Of a stretch of DNA of 53,015 nucleotides, positions 36,374 through 46,829 are shown piece after piece. The notes under the pieces were generated by a model. It was not told the DNA's origin. It searched no databases and saw only the letters and a list, made by a program, of their open reading frames with translations. Every line of letters begins with the position of its first letter. The first letter of the stretch is position 1. A program made the position numbers and the translations under genes. This DNA comes from a virus (lineage: Duplodnaviria; Caudoviricetes): IMG/VR virus record IMGVR_UViG_3300040806_000113, positions 1 to 53,015 of that record, one strand, 5' to 3'.

Positions 36374-36590
36374 AGAACAAAAAGACATCATTACGATTGA
36401 TGGAACAGAGTACGATTTCGATACTTTGGAAGACAAGCAGAAGTACATCATCAACCAGATTCGTGATTTGAACGGTAAGATTGCACAGGCGCAGTTTGGC
36501 ATCGACCAGCTTCGAACAGCACAGTCTGCCTTTACGAACATGTTGGTTGAATCTGTTCAAGAGAAGAACGAAGAGGGAGAGGCAGCATGA
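36366..36590 (+). CDS. Hypothetical coiled-coil protein
   Basis: GAGGAG RBS, GTG start, 'ITIDGTEY'. Confidence 0.6.
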   Translation: MSEEQKDIITIDGTEYDFDTLEDKQKYIINQIRDLNGKIAQAQFGIDQLRTAQSAFTNMLVESVQEKNEEGEAA

Positions 36591-37012
36591 CCTCGATGGA
36601 ACCGGCAGTCTGTGACCGCAAGAAGTTCGATATCGATTTATCCTACGGCAAGGTTCGCGAACAACAAGTTGCGAACATGCTTACAGATAAAAAGATTGAG
36701 GTTAAATCTGAACGTGGCATGTGGATGAAAACTGGCAACATAGCCATAGAGTACGAATCCTATGGCAAGCCCAGTGGCATAGAAGCAACTGAAGCAGACT
36801 ACTGGTTCCACAACCTTTGCATTGGTGACGACACTTTTGCAACCTTGGTGTTTGACGTGCCGTCCTTGAAACGCATCATAAATAATTTAGATTACAAAAA
36901 ATCCGTGAGCGGTGGAGACAACAACGCTTCACGGATGTACCTTCTGAATCTACAGAAGTTGTTTTCAACAGATGTAATTAAGGCGTATAAAGATGAGCAA
37001 CAAACATCCTAA
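36587..37012 (+). CDS. Putative PD-(D/E)XK-like nuclease
   Basis: 'FDIDL..G...E', 'IEVKSE', 'TGNIAIE', 'ADYW'. Confidence 0.55.
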   Translation: MTSMEPAVCDRKKFDIDLSYGKVREQQVANMLTDKKIEVKSERGMWMKTGNIAIEYESYGKPSGIEATEADYWFHNLCIGDDTFATLVFDVPSLKRIINNLDYKKSVSGGDNNASRMYLLNLQKLFSTDVIKAYKDEQQTS

Positions 37013-37217
37013 AGCTGAACTCTTTAAACTCACGGCTCATCTAAATGACAAGGGCAATGTAGAGATGGATTTGGAGTGTGTAGACCCCGACCAGTTTGCT
37101 CGCCTAATGGAAAAAGACCTGCCACAGTATGAAGGAACCTTCAAGGTAGCAAGTCTTTTACGTTATTTAAAGTCTGTTGGTGATGAAATGATGGAGAAGT
37201 CTAGCCGCTATATCTAG
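36993..37217 (+). CDS. Hypothetical protein, last gene of the plus arm
   Basis: 74 aa ORF. Confidence 0.55.
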   Translation: MSNKHPKAELFKLTAHLNDKGNVEMDLECVDPDQFARLMEKDLPQYEGTFKVASLLRYLKSVGDEMMEKSSRYI

Positions 37218-37369
37218 TGCTTTTCTTGAACCTTAAACCTAGCCCGTAAACTAGACCCCTTGTGACGCTTATAGCCGTCCTTGGGGTTTTTCATTAGCTG
37301 GTATCCACTGCCCTTCTTCATCCAGTGATAGCCTTTAGGTGCAGGAACGGTTTTGATTTTAGTAGCCAT
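37214..37369 (-). CDS. Small basic protein (51 aa), last gene of the minus arm
   Basis: Translated by hand: MATKIKTVPAPKGYHWMK... Confidence 0.6.
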   Translation of the reverse strand: MATKIKTVPAPKGYHWMKKGSGYQLMKNPKDGYKRHKGSSLRARFKVQEKH

Positions 37370-37604
37370 TCTTCTTCTTGGCCTTTCCACCGTACATCAT
37401 ACCCATGCCCTTTTGCTGACGAGGTTGCATAGGATTGAACATGCTTGTCATGCTTGTCTCTGGGTTCATAGGGCTGCGAACCATTGAGCCATAGGCATAG
37501 CCCTTGGTCTTGCCGCCACGAGCCATGAAGCCCATCTTGTTGCGAACAGGCTTGGGTAGCTTGGCAAGTCCCTTATTGTCCTTCGGTATTGGTTTCATTT
37601 TCAT
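37359..37604 (-). CDS. Small basic protein with ARGG/YAYG motifs
   Basis: AGGAG RBS; 'GLAKLPKPVRNKMGFMARGG'. Confidence 0.65.
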   Translation of the reverse strand: MKMKPIPKDNKGLAKLPKPVRNKMGFMARGGKTKGYAYGSMVRSPMNPETSMTSMFNPMQPRQQKGMGMMYGGKAKKKNGY

Positions 37605-40600
37605 CTCCTATTAAGGCAGGTAATTCACGTTGACCCATGCGGGCTAGTTCTGTTGTTGCGAACTCTACAAGAAGTCCGTTTAAGTTGTCTACATCTGTTC
37701 GTGTGACCAGTTCCGGGTATTTGAACATGTTGTTGATGATGCGGGCTGCTTCCTTGTTACCGGCTGCAAGCTGTAATACCTCAATGCCGGATTGTGCAGC
37801 CATACGTACTGCGAACTCCGAAGTGACGTATAGCGGGCTAACCATGCCACGGCTGATGTTGTACAAGCGGCTCAAACCTTCATTGACAGAGTACCCTTTG
37901 ACAACACCTTCTACGCTACGTGCTTGTGAAGTAGCGGCACGGTCTAGGAAGTCTGCAATGTCTGTTAGATAATTTACGTGGTCTGCACCTAGTATCATCT
38001 CCAACATTTCACGATGTTCCTGAACATCTGCCAGCATAACTTCTGGTGTTGTGAATTGACGAACCTTCATTTTGCCGCCATCCAAAGCAGTCATACGCAT
38101 ACCTTGTGATGGGGCTAATCCGCCACGATTCATAAACGCCTTTGATACAAGACCACTGACGGCCCTGTCAAACATAGCTTCTGCTTCGTCTGCAGATTTA
38201 CCTGTCTTGACAACTGCTGGGATAAATGTGTCGCGAAGAGTGTCGAACCTTGTCTCACTACCATTCAAGACAAACTGTTCGTAAAACTGGTCAGGTGTAA
38301 TATCTCCCGTGAACCGCTGCAAGGCGTTCAGGGAATCTGCATCCATCTTGATATTGTTGTCTGCGTTGCGACGAACTTGGCTCTCAACGTTTGCAAAATC
38401 ATCTGCGAACTCTTTGTACCGTTTGCGAACCGCTTTGTTCTCCCGAATGATGCGGCTGATGTCACGGGCTTCTGAATACATATCACCTAAGTTCACCAAA
38501 GGTACGTCGATGTTCTCACCGTTTTGACGAATGGTTACAGTTGTCAGGTCGTTCATCAAACCTTCATCTGCAAGGTTCTTGAAGCTATATCCGCCTTCTA
38601 ACACACTTGCAGGACCGTCTGTCTTTTCGAACACGGCAATAGCCCGCTCTGTCCAGTCAGCGTAGATTTGTTCGTTGACTAGGTTTTGAATAGCCGCGAA
38701 CTTTGCCTTGCCTTCTTCTGTATCCAGATTGAAGACAGTTTGTCCATCAACACGGTCACCCCAATCTGTTGCAAGGTTATCAATCATGCTGCGAATATCA
38801 GCTTGGTCTGCAGGCTTGTTGTTCAAAGCACCTGTGATTTTGTTGGTCAGGGGACGTATATAGCCGAACGGGTTGCTCTGTTCATTTATGTACCGATACC
38901 GTGTCATACTATTGGCATCGACTTCCCTTTTCTCTGGGCCTTGACGGGCATCGTCCAGTTTGCGAACCGTACTTCCCCTGCGGAGTCTATCACCAATCTC
39001 ACTGCGATATGTTTCGCGGGCTTTTGTCAATAGAGAGAAGGTTTCACCGTCTTGAGTACGGATTAAGTTATCCATGTTAGCCGCGAACATCTGGACTTCA
39101 CGCCCTAGTTCTGGCTTAGATTCGCGCACACCGTAGGCATAATCCCTAAAAGCACGTCGCATCTCGTCGACCTCATAGGCATTTGCCTGTGCAAAGGGAC
39201 GGAAGCTGGGCGAGATTCGCTGCATTTCGAGGGCAATTTCTAGGTCTGACATGTTTTCGACCAGTTCTTGACCGAACCCGTTAGCTACCAGTGTTTGTCT
39301 AATCTCACCCATGGTTTCTGCAGGAATGGTTCGTTTAACCATATCATCAAACGTCCGATAAGCTATGCGACCCATACGGCCTGCAAAGAACTGACCGCTG
39401 GGGCTAAAGAAGCGAGCCATGTCTGTTTCACCTGCTTTGCTCATCAGGTCGATAACAGCATCGTGCATATCAATAGGTGGTGCAGTCTTAGCGGCTTCGC
39501 GAACCGCATTGTATGCTGCCTTGCCTTTTGCATACATGCTTTCTAGATGAGCATCTAGGGCATCTTCCATAGCGCGAGATAAACCTGCAACATATCCCCG
39601 TCCCTTACCGCGACGAGACTTCAAGCTGCTAACTCTATCTGTCACACCAGCATAGATATCTGTAACGACCTCGCCTATTGTTTTACGTTCGTCAACAATC
39701 TGGCCTAAACGCTTCTTCAAGGCAACGTCTGCTTCCACTAGGTTGTCAAGGAATCCTTCAGGAACATCAATTGTTGGGTCTGATAAAACCTGTTTGCGGA
39801 TATCCCCCAAGATTTCTAGGGTACTTTCCGAACGGCGGTTCAAATCATCCTTGAACTTGGCGGTTGCATTGCGGGTGTTATCCAACATTGCTTGGATTGA
39901 TTCGCGGTCTGCAATACCATCAGTTACCCGGACAAACTCTTGGAAGTTGTCCAAGGCTAGTTCTGTTGCGCGAACCTGTGCATCAGCCTGCTTCATTAAT
40001 TCAACCATATAGGTTGCATCCATGTTCTTCAGCTTCTTTGCGTCAATCTTATTTATAGACATCGCATGAAGGGCTGCAAGAGGTCCCAAGTTCGAAGACT
40101 GTGCGAACGACATAGTAAACAGTTCTTTAGCCTTATCCCGTGACTCTTCAGGGAATTGGCTTACGATACGGTCTTGTAACTCGACGTAATCATCGACAGC
40201 CTTCAAGATTTTTTCACGGGCTGCAGGGCTAGAGGTGTTGTTCACCAAGTAAATAGAATAGTTGATTGCCTTGCGCTGTTCAGCAGTTAGCTTAATACCA
40301 GTCGCTGCTTCGTAATCTTTTAGGGTGTTGTCTGTAATATTGAAACCCTTGTATTTTCCAAAGGTCATAAAATCGGCTACGGCAGCAACGTTCGACCCAA
40401 CACCGCCCCGTGGTGCTGACAGGAATTTAGAGGCTTGTCCCCCGATAAAACGGGTAGTTGGTGCGCCTATAGTCATCATGCCTATCAAGCCGATTGCCTC
40501 TGCAGCCATAGGGTCCATACCATATGCAGAAGATAAATACGCCCGTCCAGCAAGCTGTCCTGCAGACAAGATTAAAGCATCCTCCACATTTTGCTTTAGG

Positions 40601-42030
40601 TATGGATATGCCTTGAGGGTGTACATAGATTGCATTTTGCGGTTGATTAGGTTTTGCCGCTTGCCTTCTAGCACCTTATATTCGGCACTGTTCTTGGCAA
40701 CACCTTTGCGAACCAGTGCGTCCATCTCAAGGTCGGTGTTCCGCAAGTCATCGTTCAAACGACCCATAGCTTGTGTGGTTCGCTGTTGGCTAACCCCAAT
40801 GCTAAGAGCCTTCAAGTTGATTTTGTTGCGTCCCTCTGCCTGATTGATAATCTGTGCAGCCTCGAACGGGTCGTCCACATCGTCAAGGATGCGGCCCATA
40901 GCTGTACCTTTGTAGGAGTCCTTCAGTTTCTGGAACTTGCGTAAGGTTCGCTCGCCTCTTAGCACACCCGGTCCTGCCATACCAACTACATTCTCAAGGA
41001 ACATAACCCCAAACTGTTCGGAACGAGGCAGTTCGTTGAATGCAAGGTCTATGAGGTTCGCGGCTGCTTCTTCTGTGATGAACTCTTTTGGCTGTAGTTC
41101 GCCATCGACCTCTATCATTGTTTGAGCGTTGTATTGGTCTAATGTAATTTCACCCGCATCTAGCCTGCGTTTAAATTCATCGTGAATGCTATCATTAAAC
41201 GCCATCTTCATTGTTGGGTTTGGAATTACAGAATTGATTGCCTTGTAGGTGGAGTCTAAAGCTTGTTGAATATCGTTACCTCTTGCACCCCATTCAGATG
41301 AAAAATCAGTTCCTTTTTCTTTTGCATCGAAAAGGGCACCTGCTGCGTTATATCCCATGATACCCATCATAGGGATGCCGGTTGCCACGAACTGTCCAGC
41401 TTCTGCAAGCCGCGTCTCTAAAGAATTATAGAAGTCCCCAGTTTCAAACCGGTCAACAAAGATTTGACGAACCGCTGGGTCAGGCACATACTGAGATACA
41501 AGATTATCAAGATTGACACGGTTCTGGGCGTAGCGTTCCGCAGCCGGAATCATCAAGGGGTCTTGGACCACTTGGGCTGCAACCACCTCGCCTTCACGAA
41601 CAAATGGGATGATAACATCTTCACCGGGAACCTGTGGCTGAGATGACTTTGCCCACGCAGAACGCAGAGCAAGCATAGCCTTCGGATTGCTGTTCGCAAA
41701 CTCCAAGACACGATTGTTAATCGTAATGTCCCCAACTTTCTCTACTTTACCAGCAAGAACATCTTCCCACGCAGCACCAGTCTGCTGGGCCTGTACGTCT
41801 TGGGCAGCAGCAGGGGCTAGAGTTTTAGTTTCGGTAACAGGAACGTCCAGAACAGGGTCGTTTACAGTGGTTGTTCGCGAAACAGGCTCGTCGAGCATCA
41901 CCTTGTTTTCTACAGGTGCAATGGAAATACGAGGAGGCTTGGTATCTGTAGCGGGAGCGTCACCTGATGTGTCGAACCCTATGATATCCCGTTCAGCAAC
42001 AGGCTTAACATTTTCTTGTGGCTCTGCCAT
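37573..42030 (-). CDS. Large internal virion (ejection) protein
   Basis: 1485 aa, helical, last large gene of the structural arm as in podoviruses; function by position. Confidence 0.65.
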   Translation of the reverse strand: MAEPQENVKPVAERDIIGFDTSGDAPATDTKPPRISIAPVENKVMLDEPVSRTTTVNDPVLDVPVTETKTLAPAAAQDVQAQQTGAAWEDVLAGKVEKVGDITINNRVLEFANSNPKAMLALRSAWAKSSQPQVPGEDVIIPFVREGEVVAAQVVQDPLMIPAAERYAQNRVNLDNLVSQYVPDPAVRQIFVDRFETGDFYNSLETRLAEAGQFVATGIPMMGIMGYNAAGALFDAKEKGTDFSSEWGARGNDIQQALDSTYKAINSVIPNPTMKMAFNDSIHDEFKRRLDAGEITLDQYNAQTMIEVDGELQPKEFITEEAAANLIDLAFNELPRSEQFGVMFLENVVGMAGPGVLRGERTLRKFQKLKDSYKGTAMGRILDDVDDPFEAAQIINQAEGRNKINLKALSIGVSQQRTTQAMGRLNDDLRNTDLEMDALVRKGVAKNSAEYKVLEGKRQNLINRKMQSMYTLKAYPYLKQNVEDALILSAGQLAGRAYLSSAYGMDPMAAEAIGLIGMMTIGAPTTRFIGGQASKFLSAPRGGVGSNVAAVADFMTFGKYKGFNITDNTLKDYEAATGIKLTAEQRKAINYSIYLVNNTSSPAAREKILKAVDDYVELQDRIVSQFPEESRDKAKELFTMSFAQSSNLGPLAALHAMSINKIDAKKLKNMDATYMVELMKQADAQVRATELALDNFQEFVRVTDGIADRESIQAMLDNTRNATAKFKDDLNRRSESTLEILGDIRKQVLSDPTIDVPEGFLDNLVEADVALKKRLGQIVDERKTIGEVVTDIYAGVTDRVSSLKSRRGKGRGYVAGLSRAMEDALDAHLESMYAKGKAAYNAVREAAKTAPPIDMHDAVIDLMSKAGETDMARFFSPSGQFFAGRMGRIAYRTFDDMVKRTIPAETMGEIRQTLVANGFGQELVENMSDLEIALEMQRISPSFRPFAQANAYEVDEMRRAFRDYAYGVRESKPELGREVQMFAANMDNLIRTQDGETFSLLTKARETYRSEIGDRLRRGSTVRKLDDARQGPEKREVDANSMTRYRYINEQSNPFGYIRPLTNKITGALNNKPADQADIRSMIDNLATDWGDRVDGQTVFNLDTEEGKAKFAAIQNLVNEQIYADWTERAIAVFEKTDGPASVLEGGYSFKNLADEGLMNDLTTVTIRQNGENIDVPLVNLGDMYSEARDISRIIRENKAVRKRYKEFADDFANVESQVRRNADNNIKMDADSLNALQRFTGDITPDQFYEQFVLNGSETRFDTLRDTFIPAVVKTGKSADEAEAMFDRAVSGLVSKAFMNRGGLAPSQGMRMTALDGGKMKVRQFTTPEVMLADVQEHREMLEMILGADHVNYLTDIADFLDRAATSQARSVEGVVKGYSVNEGLSRLYNISRGMVSPLYVTSEFAVRMAAQSGIEVLQLAAGNKEAARIINNMFKYPELVTRTDVDNLNGLLVEFATTELARMGQRELPALIGDENETNTEGQ

Positions 42031-42033
42031 TTA

Positions 42034-43929
42034 TTAAGCCCCCATTCCTATTGCTTTCAAAATCGCTTCCATAGATGCAGGTTTCGTACCCTGCTCATCA
42101 GTGAAGAAATTACCCTGTCCATCTGTATAGTATCCAGAGGGGTCTAATACAAGGCCCGTCTTAGGCTCTTCAGCGGCGGATGCTCCAACGGAAGGCTTGG
42201 GTGTTGTAGCTGCATAGTTCGCAGATTCGATACGGCGGATTACTCCGTCGGCTTTCAAAATACGGGCTTCTCGTTTCCCGAATTCTCCTGCTGGAACTTG
42301 AGCAACTTCGTAGAGGACCGCCAGTCTGGTGCTGTTGTTTTCAAAATCACTGATAACCTGACCTAGACCTGCAGTAGCTTGAGGTTTAGATACAAACAAT
42401 CCTGTCTGTCCTAGACGGCGTAGTTGAATTTCAAAGTCTTGGTTTGATAGACGACCTGATGGGTCAACAGCGCGAGCCATCTGTGCTGCAAGAGACAACT
42501 TCAAAGAGTCGATTACAGATAGGTTTTTGGCAGATTCAGGTGAAAGAAATCCAGAGCGCACTGCAACTTCTGTCAAGGTTGCTGCGTCTGTACCCTCTGC
42601 AGTTTCAAAACTTCCAAAGAACTGCTGTAACTGACCACCTTCACCAAAGATACCAAACCCTACGCTTTGCATAGCTGCTTTAAGACCTGTAGGAGTATTA
42701 TCCTTTTTAAGAAGTTCATCTAACTGTTGCAACTGGCGCAAAGCAGTTTGATTAGCCTCGTACTGGTCGATAACCTGCGAACGGTTCAAGCCATTAGATT
42801 TAAAGTAATCGTCGGCAGGCTTCATCTTAACACGACGTTTATTGAAACCTATTACGGGAACATTATCTTCCTTTAGCTTAATCAAAGGGGCATATGCTTG
42901 AATAGCTGCGCGACGGTCTCCGCCAAACTCTTCTTGAACATAGTTCGCGAACTGCTGGTTCATGGCTTGGTTACCACCCATAGTTCTTGCTAGGTCGCCA
43001 AATCCAAACTGTTCCATCTCTACTGCAGACAGAAGAGTTGAGTAGGCAGACTCCGCATCTTCAGCACGGGCCACATCTGAAAAGTTCGTTATGAATTTTT
43101 GAACACCTTCTTTATCGGCTCCGTATCCCAAGTTTGCTGATATGCGGCCTAGAGCATCTAGCTGGTTCGGGTCAGCGAACTCTACTACAGACTCTTTTCT
43201 CTTACCCTCTTCTGTTCTAAAAGAGAATATAAAGGCTTTGTCTGGGCTGCTGATATTGCCAACGTTTAATTCTTTTTCTATCAGTTTTGCGTGTGCATTT
43301 ACGGTTACTTGGTCGCTTGCCTTTGGCTGGTTCTCAGCCTGTGGGTCTAGTTCGTTTAAGAAATTAAATAGACTTTTATAGCTGTCTTGCGGATGGATGT
43401 ATTCAGATTCGATTTCTCCAGATACTGGATTTATCTTACGCTGCCCATCAATATAGTAATCCCCATATGTGAACACATCTGTTTTAAACGCTGCGAAATC
43501 CTGCGGATTCTGAAAAAAGTGTTCTCTCATGCGTTGCCGTTCTTCGGGTTTGCGAACAATATCGTTCATGGTTCGCAGCCAAGTACCACCTGCACGGAGT
43601 TTGTTGTCTGGGCGAATATCTTCTTCCCATTTTTTAAAGGGTTTAGGAAACTGAAGTTGATTATAGCCAAAACTAGAATCTACGTTATTCATCGTATTAG
43701 CTAGGGTTGTGAAATCCATGCCACCCCCCATACCGGAGGCTTTTATAAGTTGTGCAGCAACGCCTTTATCACCCTCTTTGGATTTAAGTATATCTACCCC
43801 AGAGGTAAACAATAGCTTATTTCTTTCTGCATCTGCTTCTGCGTTAGCTTTTCTTTGAGCAGCAGCTTCAGCATCCATCTCACGCTTGCCCTGCACCATG
43901 CCGTTAACAAATGAAAGTAAAGCAGTCAT
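42034..43929 (-). CDS. Internal virion protein
   Basis: 631 aa; 'GRLSNQD' motif; position. Confidence 0.55.
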   Translation of the reverse strand: MTALLSFVNGMVQGKREMDAEAAAQRKANAEADAERNKLLFTSGVDILKSKEGDKGVAAQLIKASGMGGGMDFTTLANTMNNVDSSFGYNQLQFPKPFKKWEEDIRPDNKLRAGGTWLRTMNDIVRKPEERQRMREHFFQNPQDFAAFKTDVFTYGDYYIDGQRKINPVSGEIESEYIHPQDSYKSLFNFLNELDPQAENQPKASDQVTVNAHAKLIEKELNVGNISSPDKAFIFSFRTEEGKRKESVVEFADPNQLDALGRISANLGYGADKEGVQKFITNFSDVARAEDAESAYSTLLSAVEMEQFGFGDLARTMGGNQAMNQQFANYVQEEFGGDRRAAIQAYAPLIKLKEDNVPVIGFNKRRVKMKPADDYFKSNGLNRSQVIDQYEANQTALRQLQQLDELLKKDNTPTGLKAAMQSVGFGIFGEGGQLQQFFGSFETAEGTDAATLTEVAVRSGFLSPESAKNLSVIDSLKLSLAAQMARAVDPSGRLSNQDFEIQLRRLGQTGLFVSKPQATAGLGQVISDFENNSTRLAVLYEVAQVPAGEFGKREARILKADGVIRRIESANYAATTPKPSVGASAAEEPKTGLVLDPSGYYTDGQGNFFTDEQGTKPASMEAILKAIGMGA

Positions 43930-44468
43930 TATTTAGTCTCCTTATTTTCATCATCGGTAAGAAAACCGCGCTCTTCTGGTTCGCGGGGCTTATTGCCTTC
44001 ACGGATAGTGGCGTTGACAGTTTCTTGAATGAAGGTAAACATGCTTGGATTGTTTTGCTTCATCATACGGAAGAAGGTTTCATCGTCCATTTCGTTTTCT
44101 TTATCCGCGTCGTCGTTCTCGAACAGGCGGTACGGAATGTTCTCTTCTTCTGCCATGTTCGCAAGGAAGATAGCCAAAGATGGTTTCATCAACATGCCCA
44201 TATCAGGAGTGAACAGCCCCTCTTGGAACCCTGTAAAAATAATGCCTTCGATGATAACTTCGATAGAGATACCGACCATCATCAGCTTTAGCAACTCTTG
44301 CTTTACTTTAGGCTTCTTGATTTTATTAATTGCTTTTTCTAGGGCAATGTCTGGGTCAACGTCTTGCGGTGGCTGTCCCCAAGGCCATTGAGAATTGTCC
44401 TGTGTTAAGGAATGTCCCGGAGGTGCTTCAGCGAACATGTCTCCAAGGCGAGGGTCTCTAATAGCCAT
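43929..44468 (-). CDS. Conserved virion-associated protein
   Basis: 'APPGHSLT....WPWGQPP' motif. Confidence 0.6.
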   Translation of the reverse strand: MAIRDPRLGDMFAEAPPGHSLTQDNSQWPWGQPPQDVDPDIALEKAINKIKKPKVKQELLKLMMVGISIEVIIEGIIFTGFQEGLFTPDMGMLMKPSLAIFLANMAEEENIPYRLFENDDADKENEMDDETFFRMMKQNNPSMFTFIQETVNATIREGNKPREPEERGFLTDDENKETK

Positions 44469-44983
44469 TATCCCAGTTCCACTTCTTTAGCGGCAGTCCG
44501 AACAGGGGCTGCAGATGTAGGAGTAACCCGTCCTAAAGATGGTGAGCCAACGCCTAATGTCATCTGACCTTGCCGTTTTGTAAGATATTGTTTTGAAATT
44601 TCGTTTAGTTGCGGGTTGAAATTTGTACGACCGGCAGTTGCGCGGATAGCAGCCTGTATATCTGGGTTTCTTAAACCTACGGGGTTACGTGCTGCGGCTA
44701 GTGCTGCCGCTGCTGAAGAGGGTGCAGAACCAATGTCAGCAACCTTCATTTTGGATGCGCCCATAGGCCCGCCTTTTTCTTGAGAGTCTAAGTAGTATTT
44801 AGCACCGCTTTTTAGGAACTGACTCATACTTGCATCACTACCAAAAAAATCTGCGGCAGGGTCTAGGAATCCGCGAACCCCACCACTAAAACCAACTAAA
44901 TCTCCGCTTTCCCACTCTTCTGTACCCATTACAAAGTCCCAAGCAGGCTCTATAAAATCTACAATTGTGTCCCATAAACTCAT
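44468..44983 (-). CDS. Putative internal virion protein
   Basis: 171 aa; coupled start/stop. Confidence 0.5.
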   Translation of the reverse strand: MSLWDTIVDFIEPAWDFVMGTEEWESGDLVGFSGGVRGFLDPAADFFGSDASMSQFLKSGAKYYLDSQEKGGPMGASKMKVADIGSAPSSAAAALAAARNPVGLRNPDIQAAIRATAGRTNFNPQLNEISKQYLTKRQGQMTLGVGSPSLGRVTPTSAAPVRTAAKEVELG

Positions 44984-44999
44984 ATCTAAATCCTATCTA

Positions 45000-46331
45000 T
45001 TAAGATGCGGCCCAGCGAATAAACCAATTGCCCAAGCCCTTCATCAACTCGTCTTTTTGTTCTTGGCTGTACATGTCCTTGGCGTTTGCATAGTTAAAAG
45101 CAATCCGGGCCAAATCATGTTCGCGGGCCAGCGCATTTTCACTTTTCTGAAAGTTCCAAGCTGCGTTGTCGCGGTAAGATTGCCAAAGGTTGTTCTGAGC
45201 GTTCGCAGTCATGTTGTAAGCATTTTGAGTGTTTATACGGTTGGTTTCGTTTTGGATAGCCGTGTTCGCAGTGTTGATTTCCCTGCGCCAAACGACATTC
45301 GACTGGTCAACCGCGAACTTCATCTGCGAGTTGAACTTGTCCCGCGAATCCTTCATGCTTGCATTGAACTGGTTCATTGCGTTAGCTTCGGATGTATTGA
45401 ACTGACGCATAGCAGCAACACGGTTCGCGTTCGCAGTATCCACCTGTGCGCCTAGTTCCGCAAAGAACTCTTCTACCTGCAGTTCATTCTTGGCGTTGAA
45501 CTGACGACGGGCATTCTCTTCAGCGGCATCCTTGAACAGCCCTTGAACCAAGCTTTGGTAAGTTAGGGTGTTTGCTTTTTGTTCGTTGTCAAGGTTCTTT
45601 AGGTCTACAGACAGGAATGCCTGTGCGTTTGTAACGGCAGCCGTCATGCGGGCATTCAAATTAGCCTTGTCCATCGCCGCGAACGTAGCAGCGTTAGCTA
45701 GGGCAGTTTGCTGCTTGTTGTTGAGGTTCGCTAACTGGATGGTTGCGTATTTGTTCGCATCTTGCTGGGCAATAGTAACCCCAGATTCCATCAGGGCCTG
45801 TGTCATTGCGGCCCCTGCCATCGAACTGGCACCCAATCCACGAGCCTGCATAATGGAACCAATTTTGCGAACCGCTGGAGCAGCCCAAGGGGGCATTGGC
45901 GCACCACTTTGCAGGGATGACATTAGCTGACCTAGCTGATACTGTGTGGTAGCCCGTGGGTCTAGCTGGTCTGTTGCTGCAGTAGCAATAGCCCCTGCAG
46001 AGGGGCCAGCTTGTACACCTGTCATATCAACGTAAGGGCCTGTGGGGGTTAGGGTTGCCCCCGTCATTGGTCCCAAGGCTGTTAAATCGGTTGTTACATC
46101 ATCTACCCCTGCGATTTGCCCGACCCCCGGAGCAACGCCAGTAGGGGCTGTGGTGGTTAAACCAGAGGTGTCGGCAGTGGTGGTTCCGGCAGTGGGGGCT
46201 GCACCCACAGTCTTACCGGAAGTGTCCATTATAGTGTCTGGAGTTTCCGAAATAAAGGTCGGGGTTACCGTTGGCATATCGCTAGTGTCTCCACCAGCCG
46301 TTTTTTCCATTTCTTTTTTTATATCCACCAT
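45000..46331 (-). CDS. Putative internal virion/pilot protein
   Basis: Gln/Asn/Ala-rich coiled coil ('QFNA' repeats), 'ARGLGASSMAG'. Confidence 0.6.
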   Translation of the reverse strand: MVDIKKEMEKTAGGDTSDMPTVTPTFISETPDTIMDTSGKTVGAAPTAGTTTADTSGLTTTAPTGVAPGVGQIAGVDDVTTDLTALGPMTGATLTPTGPYVDMTGVQAGPSAGAIATAATDQLDPRATTQYQLGQLMSSLQSGAPMPPWAAPAVRKIGSIMQARGLGASSMAGAAMTQALMESGVTIAQQDANKYATIQLANLNNKQQTALANAATFAAMDKANLNARMTAAVTNAQAFLSVDLKNLDNEQKANTLTYQSLVQGLFKDAAEENARRQFNAKNELQVEEFFAELGAQVDTANANRVAAMRQFNTSEANAMNQFNASMKDSRDKFNSQMKFAVDQSNVVWRREINTANTAIQNETNRINTQNAYNMTANAQNNLWQSYRDNAAWNFQKSENALAREHDLARIAFNYANAKDMYSQEQKDELMKGLGNWFIRWAAS

Positions 46332-46334
46332 ACC

Positions 46335-46559
46335 CTAGTCCCTTTGCAAAACCTTATCCAACTTATCCTCGACCCGATGCAAGGCTTCCATGACCTGCCG
46401 CATATCGTTGCGAACATCTTCACGAGTTGCGTACTCTTCGCGTGTCTTGTTAACCAAGATACTCAAGCGTTTCTGTTCACCGTTTTGTTCCTTTAGGAAC
46501 CACGCCAGACCAGCCACGAACAGGCCGATGAGCATATCGATGAGGCTGGTCATGTCCAC
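46335..46559 (-). CDS. Small TM plus coiled-coil protein
   Basis: Hydrophobic N-terminus; 'LVNKTREEYA...RVEDKLD'. Confidence 0.6.
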   Translation of the reverse strand: MDMTSLIDMLIGLFVAGLAWFLKEQNGEQKRLSILVNKTREEYATREDVRNDMRQVMEALHRVEDKLDKVLQRD

Positions 46560-46569
46560 TGGTCAACCC

Positions 46570-46812
46570 CTACGCTGTGTAGGAGTTGCCAGCAGAGATA
46601 GCGGCATTGGCTGCTGTCATGTCTTCTGTAGTCCAGAAGTCTTTTGCAACCATGATTTCCAGATGCTCAACATTACGGTCTACGCAATCCTGCTTATCTG
46701 CTGCATCATCGTCTGCCATAGCTGTGCCAGCAATAATAGCATTGATGAGGTCAACGCTGTGACCCATTGCTGTGTAATGCTGTGCGATTTGTTCTGCTGT
46801 TAGTTCGTCCAT
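46570..46812 (-). CDS. Tail-fibre-associated small protein
   Basis: Follows the fibre gene; AAGGAG RBS; 'RNVEHLEIMVAK'. Confidence 0.6.
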   Translation of the reverse strand: MDELTAEQIAQHYTAMGHSVDLINAIIAGTAMADDDAADKQDCVDRNVEHLEIMVAKDFWTTEDMTAANAAISAGNSYTA

Positions 46813-46829
46813 TTTAATCTCCTTGTAAA

